64,000 bases of DNA, from NCBI RefSeq assembly GCF_001949145.1, contig NW_019091362.1, forward strand, positions 2,115,838-2,179,837. Reading direction: 5' to 3'. This DNA comes from Acanthaster planci. Taxonomy: Eukaryota. Shown one piece after another: positions 61,501 through 64,000 of this stretch (the first letter of the stretch is position 1; every line of letters begins with the position of its first letter). The position numbers and the translations under genes are program-made. Under the pieces are notes generated by a model, which was not told where the DNA came from, did not search any database, and was given only the letters and a program-made list of their open reading frames with translations.

Positions 61501-64000
61501 GAGAGATTAAGCAGCATGAATCTGTTTTATTTTTATTATTACAAGTTTATTTTTACAAGTAACTCTTGTTTAATATACGTTTATTCGTATACTTAAATGG
61601 CAACTGAAGTATCTCATTTTTTTTTTCATTTCTGTTTCTTTTTTCCTGGTGGAGCAGTGAAAATTAATATTATACTAAATTCAGTTGAACCATTTTCCCT
61701 TGCCTTCTCGGTCTTACCACATGAACGAACGCCTCTCTCTGTCGGTTTGCACGACATAAATCTACATCAAATACCGTTAACAACGGAAAAATACCTTTTT
61801 GCAGAATTGGTCTTTAAACTCAACGCAGTAAATCCGGACCACCAGGAAACCCTTACGAATGTGACTTCGTTTTATTTGATGCAAGTTAACATACGTGCTC
61901 AATCTTCTCCATCAGTATCTGCCTTTTTCACACGCGTCGTCTTCTTTAAGAACCTTCCATTTAATTTTGAAATGAAGGGACAGCTGAATAGAATTTCACA
62001 AAAACGTATGGAATTTCGGAGACAAAAGCTTAAGCCTCGTCTTTTAAGATTGTACACTTGATGACTTTTTAGTGAAGGCTGAGCTTGAATAGACGTAAAG
62101 TCCGCGACGACTGCAAGTAATGATCATACCGAGATTTATTTCGACCTTCAAGACACAGTAGCATTTTATTACAGGAAACTTTTCAAAACAATCAAGCTCA
62201 CATGAGCAGAATGCGACAGACGGGAAAACCGGGGAAAGAAAACGTCTGACTGACGAACGTGAAAAGTGCTCTCATGTGTTGCAAAATAGATAATCTCAGA
62301 GCAGCTGGGTGCGACCTAGGAAAAGTCAAACGCAGCGCTTTCCCCACATGCTGAGCTGCATTTGCGTTTTTCCTATATTTCATCTTTTGCGAGTGGGATG
62401 GCCAGTTATTGTCCACCGTGCAAAGATATTTGATGTTTGACTAAAACGTTGTTTTGACTTTATCATTGTGCCTGCGAATGTGAGCGAAGATCTATTCACG
62501 ACAAAACCAAACGGAGAGATGTATAAAAGAAACCTGCTATAGTTGAAACTATATCTTCGTTTTTGTCTCCCTACCTGAACATTCAAGCAAAAATGTACAG
62601 GGAATGTAAAACCAAATAATATTGCATTCCAGGGCGGATTAGACCCCAAGACAAGCTCTCCCATCACAGAAATACCTTAAATGCAGTATTTGATACCATT
62701 TAATCAGAAAAAAACCACAATGTACACTCTACTCCACAATAGTTCGTCTAGCCACCAATTTAAAGAGTGATAGAAGATGGTGCTATAGAAATAGCCTAAT
62801 CATAGAGCACGTGGAGGAAATGATCCCAAATGCTCCTACAATGTTTTTTAAATTAAAATCCCATCAGCAAAATAAGTGCACCAATTCTGGGTTTTTTTAA
62901 ATTATTGCTCTCTGTTTTGTCTCGTCAGTCGTTAGTTCATAGTTTTTTATTTGATTCTTTATAAAAAAGACGTCTTGAAACTGTTTAACCCTATAGTCGA
63001 AATGACAAACTGTTGTTCATTACAATGTCAAATAACCAGGTCAAAGAATTCTCCTCTGTTTTGCGTTAGCAGACTGCGAAGAAAATAGATCTATAAATAA
63101 CGATCTCCAGCTATTACTAATCTGAAGTATATAATGTCATCTCAGCATGTAAAGAGACCATTTTTTCCCGCCTAGACGTAACATCTGCCTTTTATACATA
63201 CCTAATGCCTTGACGCGAAGTGCTCGCCTGAGGTGGTATGATCCAGAATGCTGTAGTTTATATTTGGACCGATTTACAGTAACTTAATTACGCGCCTGCC
63301 AGCCTGTTTATCTTTCTTCTTCCCCGTGGAGGGGTTTGAAGCTCACCTGTGTTCTAAGTATCCTCGTCGAGCCATGGTTGAACTGACGTTTCTCTCCCAT
63401 TTGTTCGGAGCACGGACAGCGCGCACAGCACGAGTATCGAGCAGGGGGACTCAAACGACCACGGGTTATTTGGACGCGAAACGCATCGCGAATCGTTCGA
63501 ATCGTTCTCCCGCGCGCGCTATTAAACACGGCTTATCTATGCATCGATCAGTATTCAGACGGTTGGAAATGAGGTGAGGAAAGCCGTTGGGGTGGTTTGA
63601 TTGTTGATTTTGATTTCGATCGTGTTTTGCTAGCGGCAGTTTGCTGCCAAGTAAAGACGGGTCAGGAAAACACATCCCCATCTTGAACGATACGGCCCGT
63701 GGAGGCAAATCCAACGCTTTGTTTTGGATCAGTGACCCGGTGCGGGCGTAGCCTCGTTCTTTTCCTAATAGCCCATAAAGGGTTATCACAATATTTACAG
63801 AGTGCTGGCCTTTTCCGTAAGCTATAAAAGCGATTATCCTATCTTGTCAGGTTATTGGCCAACAATCATTAGGATATCATCTTGTATTCTCCTACATACA
63901 GAATACCGTATGTTCGGTGAAATTCAGATTGATCAGCAACTGTTGTAAAATATTCGGCGTATCGTGTTTTGGTGTTTGGTATTTAGCCAAGATTTCCGTT

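Noticed and set aside
61597..62061. 154-aa plus-strand ORF
   Set aside because: AT-rich and Phe-rich with no motif or convincing splice context.
1..64000. Neuropeptide precursor (vasotocin-neurophysin or NG peptide) next to the receptors
   Set aside because: No CYxxNCPxG-GKR, NG-peptide dibasic array or neurophysin Cys pattern seen in the ORF track or by eye. Small exons could be missed, so a tblastn would settle it.

Overview
Eukaryotic, AT-rich, intron- and repeat-rich animal DNA. Gene content and arrangement suggest an invertebrate deuterostome, probably a cephalochordate (inference). Two neuropeptide class A GPCR genes face each other tail-to-tail. (1) On +, a 9-coding-exon NPS/CCAP/NG-peptide-type receptor (18012-33838, 445 aa after manual splicing, all phases consistent). 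(2) On -, a 2-coding-exon vasopressin/oxytocin-type receptor (47715-46063, 434 aa) whose single intron must use a GC donor. Between them lies an old, degenerate partial tandem duplicate of the VP/OT receptor 3' half plus downstream flank (about 37660-40465), whose last exon still has an intact acceptor and an open frame. Other signals: in-frame uORFs before both receptors, a duplicated splice donor, competing acceptors for the NPS-type receptor C-tail, a CRE (TGACGTCA)-rich intronic repeat, a Penelope-like GIY-YIG relic and several hairpin/MITE-like elements. I found no supportable gene in 1-17700 or 48000-64000, and most ORF-track entries look like noise.
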